Part shown: piece by piece, positions 9,133 through 19,361 of the stretch
How the letters are laid out: every line of letters begins with the position of its first letter
Numbering within the stretch: position 1 is the stretch's first letter
Source of the DNA: Candidatus Altiarchaeota archaeon
GTDB lineage: Archaea; Altiarchaeota; Altiarchaeia; IMC4; SCGC-AAA252-I15
NCBI GenBank assembly: GCA_043800705.1
Contig: JAZDMS010000021.1
Span: forward strand, 21,527 to 85,526
DNA: 64,000 nt
Reading direction: 5' to 3'
The notes under the pieces: model-generated
What the model was told of the DNA's origin: nothing
Database searches by the model: none
Seen by the model: only the letters and a program-made list of their open reading frames with translations
Position numbers and translations under genes: made by a program

Positions 9133-10425
9133 ATGGACGACAAGAGCATCGACGTAAGGGACATAATAAAGAAGATTGACGCAACACCTAAGCCGAAGGT
9201 GAAGAGGGCATGCCTGGCTTACTCGGGCGGCCTGGACTCGACCCTTGGCGTAGAGTTCCTGAGGAAGGTCTACAAATGCGACGACATCGTCGCTGTCACG
9301 CTCGACGTGGGCCAGGGGGAGGACGAGATAAAGGACTCGGAGATGAAGGCGAAGAAGTGCGGAATCAAGCCGATAATGGTGGACGTGAAGGACGAGTTCA
9401 CCGAGGTATGGCTGAAGAATGCGATCCGCGCCAACTCCAGCTACAACGGATACCCGGTAGCCACGTCGATGACAAGGCAGCTTGTCGCCGAGAAGGTGGC
9501 TTTAGAGGCCGTCAGGAACGGCTGCGACGCCATATTGGAGGGATGCACGGGCAAGGGCAACGACCAGTACAGGATGCACAACGTCATCACATACTTCGCA
9601 CCCGGGATCGAGATCCTCCAGCCGGTGAGGGACTTCGACCTGACCCGCTACGAGGAGGAGGCATTGGTCAAGCTGTGGAACGTCCCGGTCAGCGAGGGGA
9701 TAACCGGAGGAGACGACAAGACCATGTGGTGCCGCTCCATAGCATCAGGCGCAGTCGACCTCAACCAGGAGCTCCCGGACGACATATGGATGTGGCTGGT
9801 GCCAGCAGAGAAGGCTCCGGACAAGGCGACGACCATAGAGATCGAATTCGAGGAAGGCGTCCCCGTCGCCATGAACGGCAGGAGGATGAAGCTCGGCGAA
9901 CTTGTCATGCAGCTGAACGTAGTCGCGGGCAGGAACGGCATAGGGAAGATCGACATGTTCGAGGACGGCATCATGAACATGAAGAGCAGGGAGATCTACG
10001 AGGCCCCCGCAGCCGCAGTCATCCTGAAGTTGCACAGCGACCTGGAGCAGTGGTGCCTGACCAAGGACGAGATACAGTTCAAGAAGACCGTCGATGCCAG
10101 GTGGGCATATATGGTCTACCACGGCGAATGGTATCACCCCCTCAAGGAGGACCTCGACGCGTTCATAGAGAAGAGCCAGGAGTTCTGCAGCGCCAAATAC
10201 AAGGTGACGCTCTACAAGGGCAACGTCGACATCGTCTCCAGGGAATCGGACACAGGCCTGTTCAACAGGGAGATGAGGTCGATCAAGACCCGCGGCTTCA
10301 ACCAGCAATGGGCGATCGGCTCCACGAAGGTCGCGTCCCTGCAATGGCTGATAATGGCAAAAGCAGGCCGCGCAAAGTCCAGGCAGAAGAAGCCGGCAGC
10401 GAAGCCGAAGCCGCAGGCGGCGTAG
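9133..10425 (+). CDS. Argininosuccinate-synthase-like protein (divergent paralogue)
   Basis: AYSGGLDS, GCTGKGNDQ and KSREIYEAP retained; the YSxDxN, SxE and ENR motifs are altered. Confidence 0.85.
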   Translation: MDDKSIDVRDIIKKIDATPKPKVKRACLAYSGGLDSTLGVEFLRKVYKCDDIVAVTLDVGQGEDEIKDSEMKAKKCGIKPIMVDVKDEFTEVWLKNAIRANSSYNGYPVATSMTRQLVAEKVALEAVRNGCDAILEGCTGKGNDQYRMHNVITYFAPGIEILQPVRDFDLTRYEEEALVKLWNVPVSEGITGGDDKTMWCRSIASGAVDLNQELPDDIWMWLVPAEKAPDKATTIEIEFEEGVPVAMNGRRMKLGELVMQLNVVAGRNGIGKIDMFEDGIMNMKSREIYEAPAAAVILKLHSDLEQWCLTKDEIQFKKTVDARWAYMVYHGEWYHPLKEDLDAFIEKSQEFCSAKYKVTLYKGNVDIVSRESDTGLFNREMRSIKTRGFNQQWAIGSTKVASLQWLIMAKAGRAKSRQKKPAAKPKPQAA

Positions 10426-10433
10426 ACGGGATA

Positions 10434-10583
10434 AAGTCTTCGGTCCCCGGTCTTCGGCCCGCAGTCTTGGCCGAAGACCCACTTTTATTCTTAAAAAAGG
10501 GTTCACATATATGGAAGTCCACGGTTTTCGGTCCTCGGTCTTGAAGACGGGGGACTGAGAACTGAAAACCGGAGACGGCAGAC
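10434..10583. repeat. Two intergenic clusters of degenerate heptamer repeats, partly inverted
   Basis: CGGTCTT-like units at 10434-10468 and 10515-10542; complementary AAGACGG/AGAACTG/AAAACCG units at 10544-10583. Confidence 0.85.
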
Positions 10584-10632
10584 ACCATCAATTCGGATAA
10601 AACAAAGGTAAAAAGGGAATAAGGTCAAGAAA

Positions 10633-12135
10633 ATGGCAAAACTGTGGGGAGGACGGTTCCAGAAGGAGTTCGCGAAGGGCGTCGAAGACTTCGTGCAGTC
10701 GGTCGAGGTCGACCGCGAGATGGTATCGGAGGACATCTGGGGAAGCGAAGCCCATGCGATAATGCTCGCCAAATGCGGCATCATATCCGGCCACGACCTG
10801 AAGAAGATCCTCCACTGGCTGGAGAAGGCGAGGCAGGACTTCGAATCCGGTAAGCTCACACTCGACAAGGCCGACGAGGACGTACACATGAACGTGGAGA
10901 AGTACGTCACAGGCGGCGCGGGCATTGAGTACGGCGGGAAGCTGCACACCGCCCGAAGCCGCAACGACCAGGTCCTCGTGGACGCGAAGCTCCACATCAG
11001 GTTCAAGATCATAGACGTGAAGCGCAGGATAATCGGTCTACAGAGGGTCTTTCTCAGGATTGCGGAGGAGAACATCGAGACGCCCGTGCCGGGATACACC
11101 CACACCCAGGACGCGCAACCGATCACGCTCGCCTACTGGGCGACGGCCTACGTGAGCATGCTCATGAGGGACCTGGAGAGGCTCGACCACGCCTACCTGT
11201 CCGTCGACACCAACCCCCTGGGCTCGTGCGCCCTCGCGGGGACGAGCTTCCCCATCGACAGGAGGATGACTACGAGGCTCCTTGGGTTCCGCGACGTCCA
11301 CAGGCACAGCCTCGACGCCATATCATCGAGGGACTTCATAGCGGAGACCATGTGCGCGCTCGCGATACTCATGAGCAACCTCAGCAAGCTCTCCGAGGAG
11401 ATGGTCTACTGGAGCACATACGAGTTCCACATACTCGAGCTGGACGACAGCTACACCGCAGGCTCGTCGATCATGCCGCAGAAGAAGAACCCATGCGTCG
11501 CTGAGCTCGTCCGCGGCAGGACAGGGCGCATATACGGCAGCCTAATGCAGCTTCTGACCATGATGAAGGGCATCCCGATGGGCTACAACAGGGACCTGCA
11601 GGAGGACAAGCCCCCCCTGTGGAACTCCCTCAAGGTCATGGAAGCCACCCTCGAAGTCGTCACCGGCATGGTTGACACGATGAAGATCAACAAGGAGCGC
11701 CTGGCGCACCTGTCCGGCGCTAACTTCACGACCGCAACGGAGCTGGCCAATCACCTCGTCCGCGAGCGCGGCCTGAGCTTCCGCGAATGCCACCACATAG
11801 TCGGCTCCCTGGTCGGCGAACTCAGCCGCAAGGGGAAGAACTTCATGGACTTCGACGAGGTGCACGCGATACTCAAGAAACAGGGCGTCGAAGTGGGCTT
11901 CGACGAGATGAGGCAGATCTTCGACCCGAGGAACAACATCAGGACCTATAAGAGCCTCGGCAGCACATCGCCGAAGGAGGTGTCCGCCATGATCGCAGAC
12001 TTCAAGAAGCAGACGGCAAAGAACGTGAAGATCGCGGACGCGCAAGAGGAGCGCATAGCCTCGGCCCGCAACCGCACGGTGAAGATCATAAAAGACGTCC
12101 TTTCCGGGAAGGACATAAAAGGCATAAAGGTTTAG
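10633..12135 (+). CDS. argH: Argininosuccinate lyase
   Basis: [25 protein letters not shown] and [11 protein letters not shown]. Confidence 0.97.
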   Translation: MAKLWGGRFQKEFAKGVEDFVQSVEVDREMVSEDIWGSEAHAIMLAKCGIISGHDLKKILHWLEKARQDFESGKLTLDKADEDVHMNVEKYVTGGAGIEYGGKLHTARSRNDQVLVDAKLHIRFKIIDVKRRIIGLQRVFLRIAEENIETPVPGYTHTQDAQPITLAYWATAYVSMLMRDLERLDHAYLSVDTNPLGSCALAGTSFPIDRRMTTRLLGFRDVHRHSLDAISSRDFIAETMCALAILMSNLSKLSEEMVYWSTYEFHILELDDSYTAGSSIMPQKKNPCVAELVRGRTGRIYGSLMQLLTMMKGIPMGYNRDLQEDKPPLWNSLKVMEATLEVVTGMVDTMKINKERLAHLSGANFTTATELANHLVRERGLSFRECHHIVGSLVGELSRKGKNFMDFDEVHAILKKQGVEVGFDEMRQIFDPRNNIRTYKSLGSTSPKEVSAMIADFKKQTAKNVKIADAQEERIASARNRTVKIIKDVLSGKDIKGIKV

Positions 12136-12145
12136 GTCGGATAAA

Positions 12146-13360
12146 ATGGCAAAAAATATTGTTTTGGCTTATTCGGGAGGTTTGGACACGAGCGTGATAC
12201 TGAAGTGGCTCATCGACAAAGGATACGACGTCGTAGCATACGTCGCCGACGTCGGCCAAGGCGACGATTTCGAGAAGGTCAGGCAGAAGGCCCTCAAGGT
12301 CGGGGCGAAGAAGGTCTACGTCGAGGACATGAAGGAGGAGTTCGTGACCGGCTTCGTCTGGCGCGCGCTGAAATCCAACGCCATATACGAGGGCAAATAC
12401 CTCCTAGGGACGTCGATTGCGAGGCCTATCATCGCGAAGAGGCAGATCGAGATTGCGAGGAGGGAGAAGATTTCCGCGGTATCGCACGGTGCGACCGGCA
12501 AGGGCAACGACCAGGTCCGCTTCGAGGTGACGTACATGACCCTGATGCCCGAATGCGAGATAATCGCCCCCTGGAAGGACGAGGAGTTCCTTACGCAGTT
12601 CCAGGGCAGGGAGGACATGCTCGATTACGCGGCGAAGAACGGGATACAGGTGGATGCGACGAAGAAGAAGCCGTACTCCAGCGACGAGAACATCATGCAC
12701 AAGAGCTTCGAGGCCGGAGTCCTCGAGGACCCGGGCGCGGCGCCGCCTCCTGACATGTTCACGAAGACGGTGTCGCCGAAGGCTGCGCCGGACAGGGAGA
12801 CGAAGGTGTCGGTCACGTTCGAGAAGGGCGTCCCTGTCAGGGTCGAATCAGGCGGGACCGTGAAGACGAAGCCGGTTGAGATCCTCACCTTCCTGAACAA
12901 ATTGGGCGGCGAGAACGGCATCGGCCGCATAGACCTCGTCGAGAACCGCTATGTGGGGATGAAGAGCCGCGGAGTCTACGAGACGCCGGGTTACACGATT
13001 CTGCGGGTGGCGCACCTTGACATTGAGGGCCTTACGATGGACAGGGAGGTGCAGCACCTGAGGGACATGCTGTCTCCGAAGATCGCAGAACTCATGTATA
13101 ACGGCTTCTGGTACGCGCCTGAGATGGAGTTTTTGATGGCCGCGGTCGACGAGAGCCAGAAATACGTCTCCGGCACGGTGAACCTGACCCTCTATAAGGG
13201 CAACGTGACCGTGAACGGGAGGACGTCAGAGAACAGCCTCTACGACGCGAACATAGCCAGCATGGATGTCCATGGAAAATACAATCAAATGGACAGCGTA
13301 GGGTTCATAAAATTGAACGCGCTGCGTCTGAGGTTGTGGGCCAGCAAACACGGGAAGTAG
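12146..13360 (+). CDS. argG: Argininosuccinate synthase (canonical)
   Basis: [40 protein letters not shown] and [17 protein letters not shown]. Confidence 0.97.
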   Translation: MAKNIVLAYSGGLDTSVILKWLIDKGYDVVAYVADVGQGDDFEKVRQKALKVGAKKVYVEDMKEEFVTGFVWRALKSNAIYEGKYLLGTSIARPIIAKRQIEIARREKISAVSHGATGKGNDQVRFEVTYMTLMPECEIIAPWKDEEFLTQFQGREDMLDYAAKNGIQVDATKKKPYSSDENIMHKSFEAGVLEDPGAAPPPDMFTKTVSPKAAPDRETKVSVTFEKGVPVRVESGGTVKTKPVEILTFLNKLGGENGIGRIDLVENRYVGMKSRGVYETPGYTILRVAHLDIEGLTMDREVQHLRDMLSPKIAELMYNGFWYAPEMEFLMAAVDESQKYVSGTVNLTLYKGNVTVNGRTSENSLYDANIASMDVHGKYNQMDSVGFIKLNALRLRLWASKHGK

Positions 13361-13585
13361 ATTTCGTCAGTGCTGCCGAAAGTTAGCACATGTTTCTTTC
13401 TTTTTCGCCAGCGTTTTTCTTTCTTTGGCAAAGAAAGAAAAAGGCTGCAGATACATCCAGATGGACTCGGTAGGGTTTATCAAGTTGAACGCGCTGCGTC
13501 TGAGGTTGTGGGCCAGCAAACACGGGAAGTAGATTTCGTCAGTGCTGCCGAAGGTGGCACACTTTTTCTTTCTTTTTTCGTCAAC
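13277..13585 (+). repeat. Tandem duplication of the argG 3' end and its downstream flank
   Basis: 68-bp exact repeat at 13313-13380 and 13485-13552 (offset 172), with degenerate extensions on both sides. Confidence 0.95.
13409..13447. repeat. REP-like palindrome between the duplicated copies
   Basis: CAGC-g-TTTTTCTTTCTTT-ggc-AAAGAAAGAAAAA-g-GCTG. Confidence 0.75.
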
Positions 13586-13586
13586 A

Positions 13587-13663
13587 TTAGACAGAGGACC
13601 GAATACTGTAGACCGCAGACAGAAGACAGAGGACCGAAGACTGTAGACCGCAGACAGGGGATC
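13587..13663. repeat. Direct array of ~11 degenerate heptamers
   Basis: gaggacc gaatact gtagacc gcagaca gaagaca gaggacc gaagact gtagacc gcagaca, with a 35-bp higher-order period. Confidence 0.9.
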
Positions 13664-13665
13664 GT

Positions 13666-14280
13666 TTAGTCGTCGGGTGCCTGTTCGTTGAGTACGCATC
13701 CCTGGCCTTTGACGCATCTCATGTTGTTCTGGCAGGTTTCGAGCTTCGTGTATACGGCCTCGTACTGGCAGCATTTCTCCCCTGTCTTCTTGTCCTGCTC
13801 GCAGAGGGGGTTCAGGAGGTCCTTGTATACCTCGTCGTTCTTGCATTTGAAGTCGCTGTAGCTGGAGACCCCGCAGTCGCTGTTTGCTGTGCATGCTTTG
13901 CAGACCGGCGGCGGAGTCATCGTGGTCGTCGTGGGTATTATCATGATGCCTGCGCAGTTCTGGGCGCACTGCCAGCATTCGGTGTATTTAGAGGGAGTTG
14001 GCATAGTCGAGCCGGTAGTCGAGTCGCTTTGGCATACGGGGCAGGTCTGGCACTTCGGGCATTCGACGACTTTGCCGTCTGTCGATGTTGATATCGCAGG
14101 GCACTGGTTTTGGGCGTCTTTGACGCTTCCGTCGGAGCAGACGTATTTTGTGACCGTGTTCGTCTGTGTTCCGCCTTCGGCCGGCTTCAGGAACCATATG
14201 CTCGATCCGCCGAACAGTATCCCCAGGAGGAGGGCTATCGCCATTAGGACGGCGGTTAACACGATCTCTATTCTCTCCAT
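13666..14280 (-). CDS. Membrane-anchored Cys-rich hypothetical protein
   Basis: N-terminal TM, YVCSDG motif, Thr/Pro linkers and many Cys residues. Confidence 0.75.
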   Translation of the reverse strand: MERIEIVLTAVLMAIALLLGILFGGSSIWFLKPAEGGTQTNTVTKYVCSDGSVKDAQNQCPAISTSTDGKVVECPKCQTCPVCQSDSTTGSTMPTPSKYTECWQCAQNCAGIMIIPTTTTMTPPPVCKACTANSDCGVSSYSDFKCKNDEVYKDLLNPLCEQDKKTGEKCCQYEAVYTKLETCQNNMRCVKGQGCVLNEQAPDD

Positions 14281-14327
14281 TGACCTACTTATGGTGATTA
14301 AGCCTTAAAAATGTTGCATCGGCGCCC

Positions 14328-14897
14328 TTAGGACCGCCCGTATTTCCCGATAAGCTGCGTTTTGGCCAATATCCGGCCTTCCATGGCCTTCAGGAGTTCT
14401 GCTTTTCCAGCCGTCTTCGGCAGGCCCAGTTTTCGGTCGAGCGCATATGCCTTGAATACGTACCTGTGCACGCCGCTTGGCGGGCACGGTCCGCCGTATC
14501 CGGTGGTTCCGAAGCTGGTCCTCCCTTCCGTGCCCCACATTGGCGAACCCTCCCCGATGGAGGGATTGCGGGGGTCTATGTCCCAGAGCACCCAGTGGAC
14601 CCAGTCTCCGGCCGGGGCGTCGGGGTCGTCTACGATCAACGCGACCGAGGCTGTTCCCGGCGGCTGGCCTTCCAGTCGCAGGGGCGGATTCACGTCTGCT
14701 CCGTCGCAGGTGTATTTTTTCGGTATCGTCCCGCCGTCTTCGAATGCCGCGCTTGTCAGCTTCATAGCCTCCACCTCCTTTGGATTATCCTGCCCGGCTG
14801 CCACTGCCTCATCGGTCGGCCCGGGCCCGTCATCGCCTTGTCCTCCGATGCAGCCTGCCAGGAGCAACGCCCCCAATAGGGGGACCATCCGCTTCAC
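14328..14897 (-). CDS. YbhB/YbcL (PEBP/RKIP) family lipoprotein
   Basis: LLAGC lipobox, DDPDAP, WVHW and YGGPCPPSGVHRY. Confidence 0.93.
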   Translation of the reverse strand: MKRMVPLLGALLLAGCIGGQGDDGPGPTDEAVAAGQDNPKEVEAMKLTSAAFEDGGTIPKKYTCDGADVNPPLRLEGQPPGTASVALIVDDPDAPAGDWVHWVLWDIDPRNPSIGEGSPMWGTEGRTSFGTTGYGGPCPPSGVHRYVFKAYALDRKLGLPKTAGKAELLKAMEGRILAKTQLIGKYGRS

Positions 14898-14994
14898 GAA
14901 TGATTATTCGTCAGCGTGTAAAAAAGCGGTTGGTTCGGTCCCGGCCGAAGAAAAACGTGTGTTTTTATCTGGGTCTGCGGCGGATTATCCTAAC

Positions 14995-16893
14995 GTGAAA
15001 GCATACGTCCAGATTGGGATCCTCACGTGCCTCCTCTTTTTTTCCTTTGCGGCGGGGGCCTATGTCCTGAAATCCGATGATGTAGTCGCATCAGGCATCG
15101 AAAATGTCACATGGGCCGGCCTGAGGGGTATAACGAACCATAGCTTCGTGACGCCGACCACTATAGCGGCCCGTTCGGGGAACGGGAAGGCCGACGACTG
15201 GGCGTATGATCCCGGATCGGTTTCAGCGGACGGGATAATGGCGGCTTCCGCATCGGGGGGCATCCTGAACGGGCTAAGCCAGGGTTTGTTGATGAAATCC
15301 GCCCCACGGATGATGGCGGAGTCTGCGGCCTCTGATACCATCGGCTTCTCTGCCGGCGGGGCCAAGGACGTCAACAGCTTCAGGGAAAACATCAGAAACG
15401 GTTTCCTCCCGTTGGAATCCGACATAACCTATGAAGGCCTGTTCTACGATTACTCGTTCGACACCGGGCGGCAGAAGGCGTGTTCGAAGCTCTTTTGTCC
15501 GTCGTACTCTTACGCGGTCTCCAAGGATCCGCTCTCCGGGAGGGATGACGTCTATCTTTCCGTGGGCCTCGATTCCGGGATGAGGCAGGAGGACTTCGAG
15601 AGGAAGAGGCTCAATCTCGTGATCGTGCTGGACGTTTCGGGTTCTATGGGCTCGCAGTTTGACAGGTACTACTATGACAGGGCCGGTGGGAGGGCATCCT
15701 CCGAGCCGGACGCCGATGCCGGAAGGTCGAAGATGGAGGTGGCGACGAAGTCCGTCAACGCCCTCCTGGACCGGCTTGACGAAGGAGACCGTGTGGGAAT
15801 CGTCCTCTTCGACCAGTCTTCGTATCTGGCCAAGCCGATGAACAGGGTCGGAGACACGGACATGGATGCGATAAAGGCCCACGTCCTGTCCATCCGCCCG
15901 AGGGGTTCGACGAACATGGAGGCCGGGATGCGAATGGGGACCGAGTTGTTCGGAGAATACCTGGAAGCGGACCCGTCAGAGTACGAGAACAGGGTCATCT
16001 TCCTCACGGACGCGATGCCCAACACGGGCCAGACAGGCGAGGAAAGCCTGCTTGGCCAGCTTCGGAGGAATGCCGACAAGGGCATATACGCCACATTCAT
16101 CGGCATCGGCGTCGACTTCAACACGGAACTTGCCGGGGGGATAACGAAGGTGCGGGGCGCCAACTACTACAGCGTCCATTCCCCGAAGGAGTTCGAGGAG
16201 AGGATGGCTGACGGATTCGACTACATGGTGAGCCCGCTCGTATTCGACCTCAGGCTATCGCTCGACTCCCCCGGATATGAGATATTGAAAGTCTACGGTT
16301 CGCCGGAGGCCGACGAGGCAACGGGAGACATAATGAGGATAAACACGCTCTTCCCGTCAAAAAACGATGCCGGAGAAGTCAAGGGCGGGATCGTCCTACT
16401 GAAGCTCAGGAAAACCTCCGATGACGGCACCTTGCGCCTTAAGGTCTCCTACGAGGACAGAAACGGCAGAAGGGAATACGTGAAGGAGGATGTCGAGGTC
16501 GAAGATGTTCGACCGGACGATTACCCAAACAGCGGCATACGCAAGGGCATACTCCTGGCAAGGTACGCAGACCTCATGAAGAGCTGGATAATCGACGAAC
16601 GGGAGGGGGCTGCGATCCAGGCCCCGGTCAGCCCATATGTGAACGAGGATGTCGGCATAAGGTGTCCGCGCCCCATCCCGCCAAGGCTCGGCCGGTGGGA
16701 GAGGCAGTCTATGCCCCTGATTGTGAGCGGGGGATATCCGCGGACGTTCGGAAGGTTCGAAACATATTTCCGTTACGAGATGGCGGAGATAGGCGACGAT
16801 TCCCTCGGCAGGGAGGTCGAAGTCCTCGGCATGCTCGGCCCGAGTGCCCGGAAATACGGGGGGAAGGTTGACGACTGGGCAGGTACCGGTTAG
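14995..16893 (+). CDS. Exported von Willebrand factor type A domain protein
   Basis: A probable GTG start gives an N-terminal TM; MIDAS DVSGS, GSTNM and FLTDAMPN. The longer tracked ORF overlaps the opposite-strand gene. Confidence 0.85.
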   Translation: MKAYVQIGILTCLLFFSFAAGAYVLKSDDVVASGIENVTWAGLRGITNHSFVTPTTIAARSGNGKADDWAYDPGSVSADGIMAASASGGILNGLSQGLLMKSAPRMMAESAASDTIGFSAGGAKDVNSFRENIRNGFLPLESDITYEGLFYDYSFDTGRQKACSKLFCPSYSYAVSKDPLSGRDDVYLSVGLDSGMRQEDFERKRLNLVIVLDVSGSMGSQFDRYYYDRAGGRASSEPDADAGRSKMEVATKSVNALLDRLDEGDRVGIVLFDQSSYLAKPMNRVGDTDMDAIKAHVLSIRPRGSTNMEAGMRMGTELFGEYLEADPSEYENRVIFLTDAMPNTGQTGEESLLGQLRRNADKGIYATFIGIGVDFNTELAGGITKVRGANYYSVHSPKEFEERMADGFDYMVSPLVFDLRLSLDSPGYEILKVYGSPEADEATGDIMRINTLFPSKNDAGEVKGGIVLLKLRKTSDDGTLRLKVSYEDRNGRREYVKEDVEVEDVRPDDYPNSGIRKGILLARYADLMKSWIIDEREGAAIQAPVSPYVNEDVGIRCPRPIPPRLGRWERQSMPLIVSGGYPRTFGRFETYFRYEMAEIGDDSLGREVEVLGMLGPSARKYGGKVDDWAGTG

Positions 16894-16934
16894 TTACCGC
16901 CCGGTTTATATCTTCCTCCGTCATTTCTTACCCG

Positions 16935-17573
16935 ATGAAAGCCCTTCCCGGGACATTGGTCCTGTTTCTCGCGCTCTCAGGGTGCTTGAGCGGCAGCAAC
17001 GTTACGCCGCTTTCCGGCGTGGAGGTCAGGGAGTACAATGGGGAGAGGCTGTCCTCGGTCGGAGACTTCAGGGAGAACTCGATTAAAGGCCCGCAGTATG
17101 TGAACATCAGCGCATACAGGCTGGAGGTCGACGGACTGGTTGATAGTCCGCGCAGATACGCATATGAGGAGGTCCTCGCCCGCGACAGATACTCCAAGGC
17201 CGTCCGCCTGGACTGCGTCGAAGGCTGGAGCGTCGACATCCTCTGGGAGGGAGTGCTGGTGAGGGACCTTCTGGATGATGCTAGGCCGAAGCCGGAGGCC
17301 AACACGGTCATACTCTATGCCGCCGACGGATATTCGACGTCGTTCCCATTGTCATACTTCGCCGACAGGGACATCCTCTTGGCGTACGGGATGAACAACG
17401 TCACGATCCCGCCGGAGAGGGGCTTCCCGTTCCATCTGGTGGCGGAGGACAAATGGGGGTACAAGTGGATAAAATGGGTGACGAGGATAGAGCTCTCGGA
17501 CGACCCCGAACACCAGGGTTACTGGGAGACCAGGGGGTACAGCAATTCTGGAGACAGGGATAAGCCGTTTTAA
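16935..17573 (+). CDS. Molybdopterin-dependent oxidoreductase (sulfite oxidase/MsrP-like), lipoprotein
   Basis: LSGC lipobox, CVEGWS, RGFPFHLV, GYKWIKW and GYWE. Confidence 0.9.
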   Translation: MKALPGTLVLFLALSGCLSGSNVTPLSGVEVREYNGERLSSVGDFRENSIKGPQYVNISAYRLEVDGLVDSPRRYAYEEVLARDRYSKAVRLDCVEGWSVDILWEGVLVRDLLDDARPKPEANTVILYAADGYSTSFPLSYFADRDILLAYGMNNVTIPPERGFPFHLVAEDKWGYKWIKWVTRIELSDDPEHQGYWETRGYSNSGDRDKPF

Positions 17574-17595
17574 ATGCCGGATTGGATAGCTAACA

Positions 17596-17757
17596 ATGGC
17601 TAAATGGAAATGCATCCCGTGCGGATTCATATACGACGAAGAAAAAGGGATCCCTGGATCCGGGATAAAGGCGGGAACGAGATTCAAGGACCTTCCCGCA
17701 GACTGGGTGTGTCCCGTATGCGGAGCGACCAAGGACCTTTTTGAAGAGATGAGGTAG
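17596..17757 (+). CDS. Rubredoxin (not in the ORF track)
   Basis: Manual translation: [18 protein letters not shown]...[24 protein letters not shown]. Confidence 0.95.
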   Translation: MAKWKCIPCGFIYDEEKGIPGSGIKAGTRFKDLPADWVCPVCGATKDLFEEMR

Positions 17758-17782
17758 CGGGGATTAATCCGCGGTTTTTTCG

Positions 17783-18145
17783 TTATCGCGAGGATTTCGC
17801 CTCTTCCCCCATTGCAGTTTCCAAATCCCTTAACTCTTTCGGGATATGCCCGTTTTTCTGGGGATAATGGCCTATCATGGATTTTAGGAATTCTTCCTTT
17901 CTGCCCGAATTCTTCGGCCGGTATATGACCCGGATGGATGATTCGCCGATAATGCCTTTGATGCTGAAGAAGTATTCTTTGTCGAGGGTGAAGAACGGCT
18001 TTCTTATGTCATCCAGTACCGTGACTTCCCCGAAGGCGCGAAGGTATTTCACGAATCCTTCCGTGACGGGGCAGTCAAGGAGGTATTCCATGATGAGGCC
18101 GCCGTCGAAGCAGTTCTCCGAATCGGCTTCCTTGAGGATTCTCAT
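17783..18145 (-). CDS. Hypothetical protein (120 aa)
   Basis: ATGA overlap with the upstream desulfurase-family gene; begins MRILKEADSENCFDG. Confidence 0.65.
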   Translation of the reverse strand: MRILKEADSENCFDGGLIMEYLLDCPVTEGFVKYLRAFGEVTVLDDIRKPFFTLDKEYFFSIKGIIGESSIRVIYRPKNSGRKEEFLKSMIGHYPQKNGHIPKELRDLETAMGEEAKSSR

Positions 18146-19302
18146 CTTTTTCCCTTGCCTGGGCTTCGGGCGATCTCTCTGACCGCGTCTTGCGCATTCC
18201 GGCATTCTTTTTCGGTGTTCAGACATGACGGGCTCAGCCGGACGCATCCTTTGCCGCCGTCTATCCTGAGGTGGGCGAGGGGGGCGCAGTGGAGGCCGGG
18301 CCGCGAGACGATGCCGTATTCGTGCAGGAGGATATAGGACACGTCGGCGTTGTCGAGGCCTTGTATGTTGAATGATATTATCGGCAGGTCGGGCTTTCCG
18401 TTGTAGAGGGTTATGTTGCCTTCCTTTGCCAGCGCCCTGATTATGGAATCCGCCAGTGACATTGTTTTTTTCCTGACCTTCGCCTGGCCTCTTCTTTCGA
18501 TATACCTTAGGCCGGCGCATAGGGAGGCGATTCCGGGGTAGTTGGGGGTCCCCGCCTCGAAGCGGTAAGGCATCTGGATGGGATGCGCCTCCTGCCCCGA
18601 TCGTATCCCGGTTCCGCCCTGCCTTATGGGCTCTATGGATTCCGGGTCGCGTATGTGGAATCCTCCCACGCCGGGGAGGCTGAAGAGGTACTTGTGGCCG
18701 GTGAATACGAAGGCGTCCGCTCCGAGGATGGTGAGGTCGATGTCGGTTAGCCCTGCCGTCTGGGCTGCGTCGACCACGAGGTAGACTCCCCGCTCATGCA
18801 GGATTCGGGACATGCGCGGGATGTCCTGGACGCTCCCCATGACGTTGCTTCCATGGGTCAGCACCGCCAAGGCTGTTTCGTCCCGTATGGCCTCTCCGAC
18901 TGCTGCAGGATCAACATGCCCCCTGTCGTCGAACGGGACGACCGACAGGTCGATCCGTCCCTTCCTCCGGAGCTCATAAAGGGGCCGAAGCACCGAATTA
19001 TGTTCGAGTTCCGTCGTTATGGCATGGAATCTGCCGTCTTTTTTAGCGGCGAAGCCGTGGATGAGCGTGTTCAACGCGTCGGTCGCGTTGGCTGAGAAGG
19101 CGAAGTTTTCCGGATTTTCGGCATGATAGAGCCCCGCCAATGCCTGCCTTGCGAGGGTGGGATAGTCTTTGGATCCGTTGGTCATTCCCCGCCCGGACTC
19201 ATAGTAGGGGCGTTTGAAGGATTCGTCGGCCGCCTTTAGGACTGACGACGGCTTCGGCCAGGTCGTCGCGGCATTGTTGAGGTATGTCAGCTTCCGTGCC
19301 AT
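18142..19302 (-). CDS. Cysteine desulfurase family (class V PLP enzyme)
   Basis: YLNNAATTWPKP, EHNSV, DAAQTAG, FTGHK, EAGTPN and RPGLHCAP. Confidence 0.93.
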   Translation of the reverse strand: MARKLTYLNNAATTWPKPSSVLKAADESFKRPYYESGRGMTNGSKDYPTLARQALAGLYHAENPENFAFSANATDALNTLIHGFAAKKDGRFHAITTELEHNSVLRPLYELRRKGRIDLSVVPFDDRGHVDPAAVGEAIRDETALAVLTHGSNVMGSVQDIPRMSRILHERGVYLVVDAAQTAGLTDIDLTILGADAFVFTGHKYLFSLPGVGGFHIRDPESIEPIRQGGTGIRSGQEAHPIQMPYRFEAGTPNYPGIASLCAGLRYIERRGQAKVRKKTMSLADSIIRALAKEGNITLYNGKPDLPIISFNIQGLDNADVSYILLHEYGIVSRPGLHCAPLAHLRIDGGKGCVRLSPSCLNTEKECRNAQDAVREIARSPGKGKR

Positions 19303-19361
19303 TGTTTATTCCTCAGCCCATACGCCTTAATTACATTGGGGGCATAATAAAGTGCGCCAGC

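Noticed and set aside
9210-10544. Long alternative-frame ORFs (also 35870-37111, 55090-56403, 59495-60853 and many others)
   Set aside because: They are Arg/Pro/Gly-rich or antisense shadows of well-supported genes, as expected at high GC.
13277-13585. argG end duplication as a DGR template/variable repeat pair
   Set aside because: The differences are not limited to adenines and are mostly synonymous, and there is no reverse transcriptase in the window.
14362-14994. N-terminal 211 aa of the 843-aa vWA ORF
   Set aside because: It is the antisense shadow of the YbhB gene; the GTG at 14995 gives a sensible signal/TM start.
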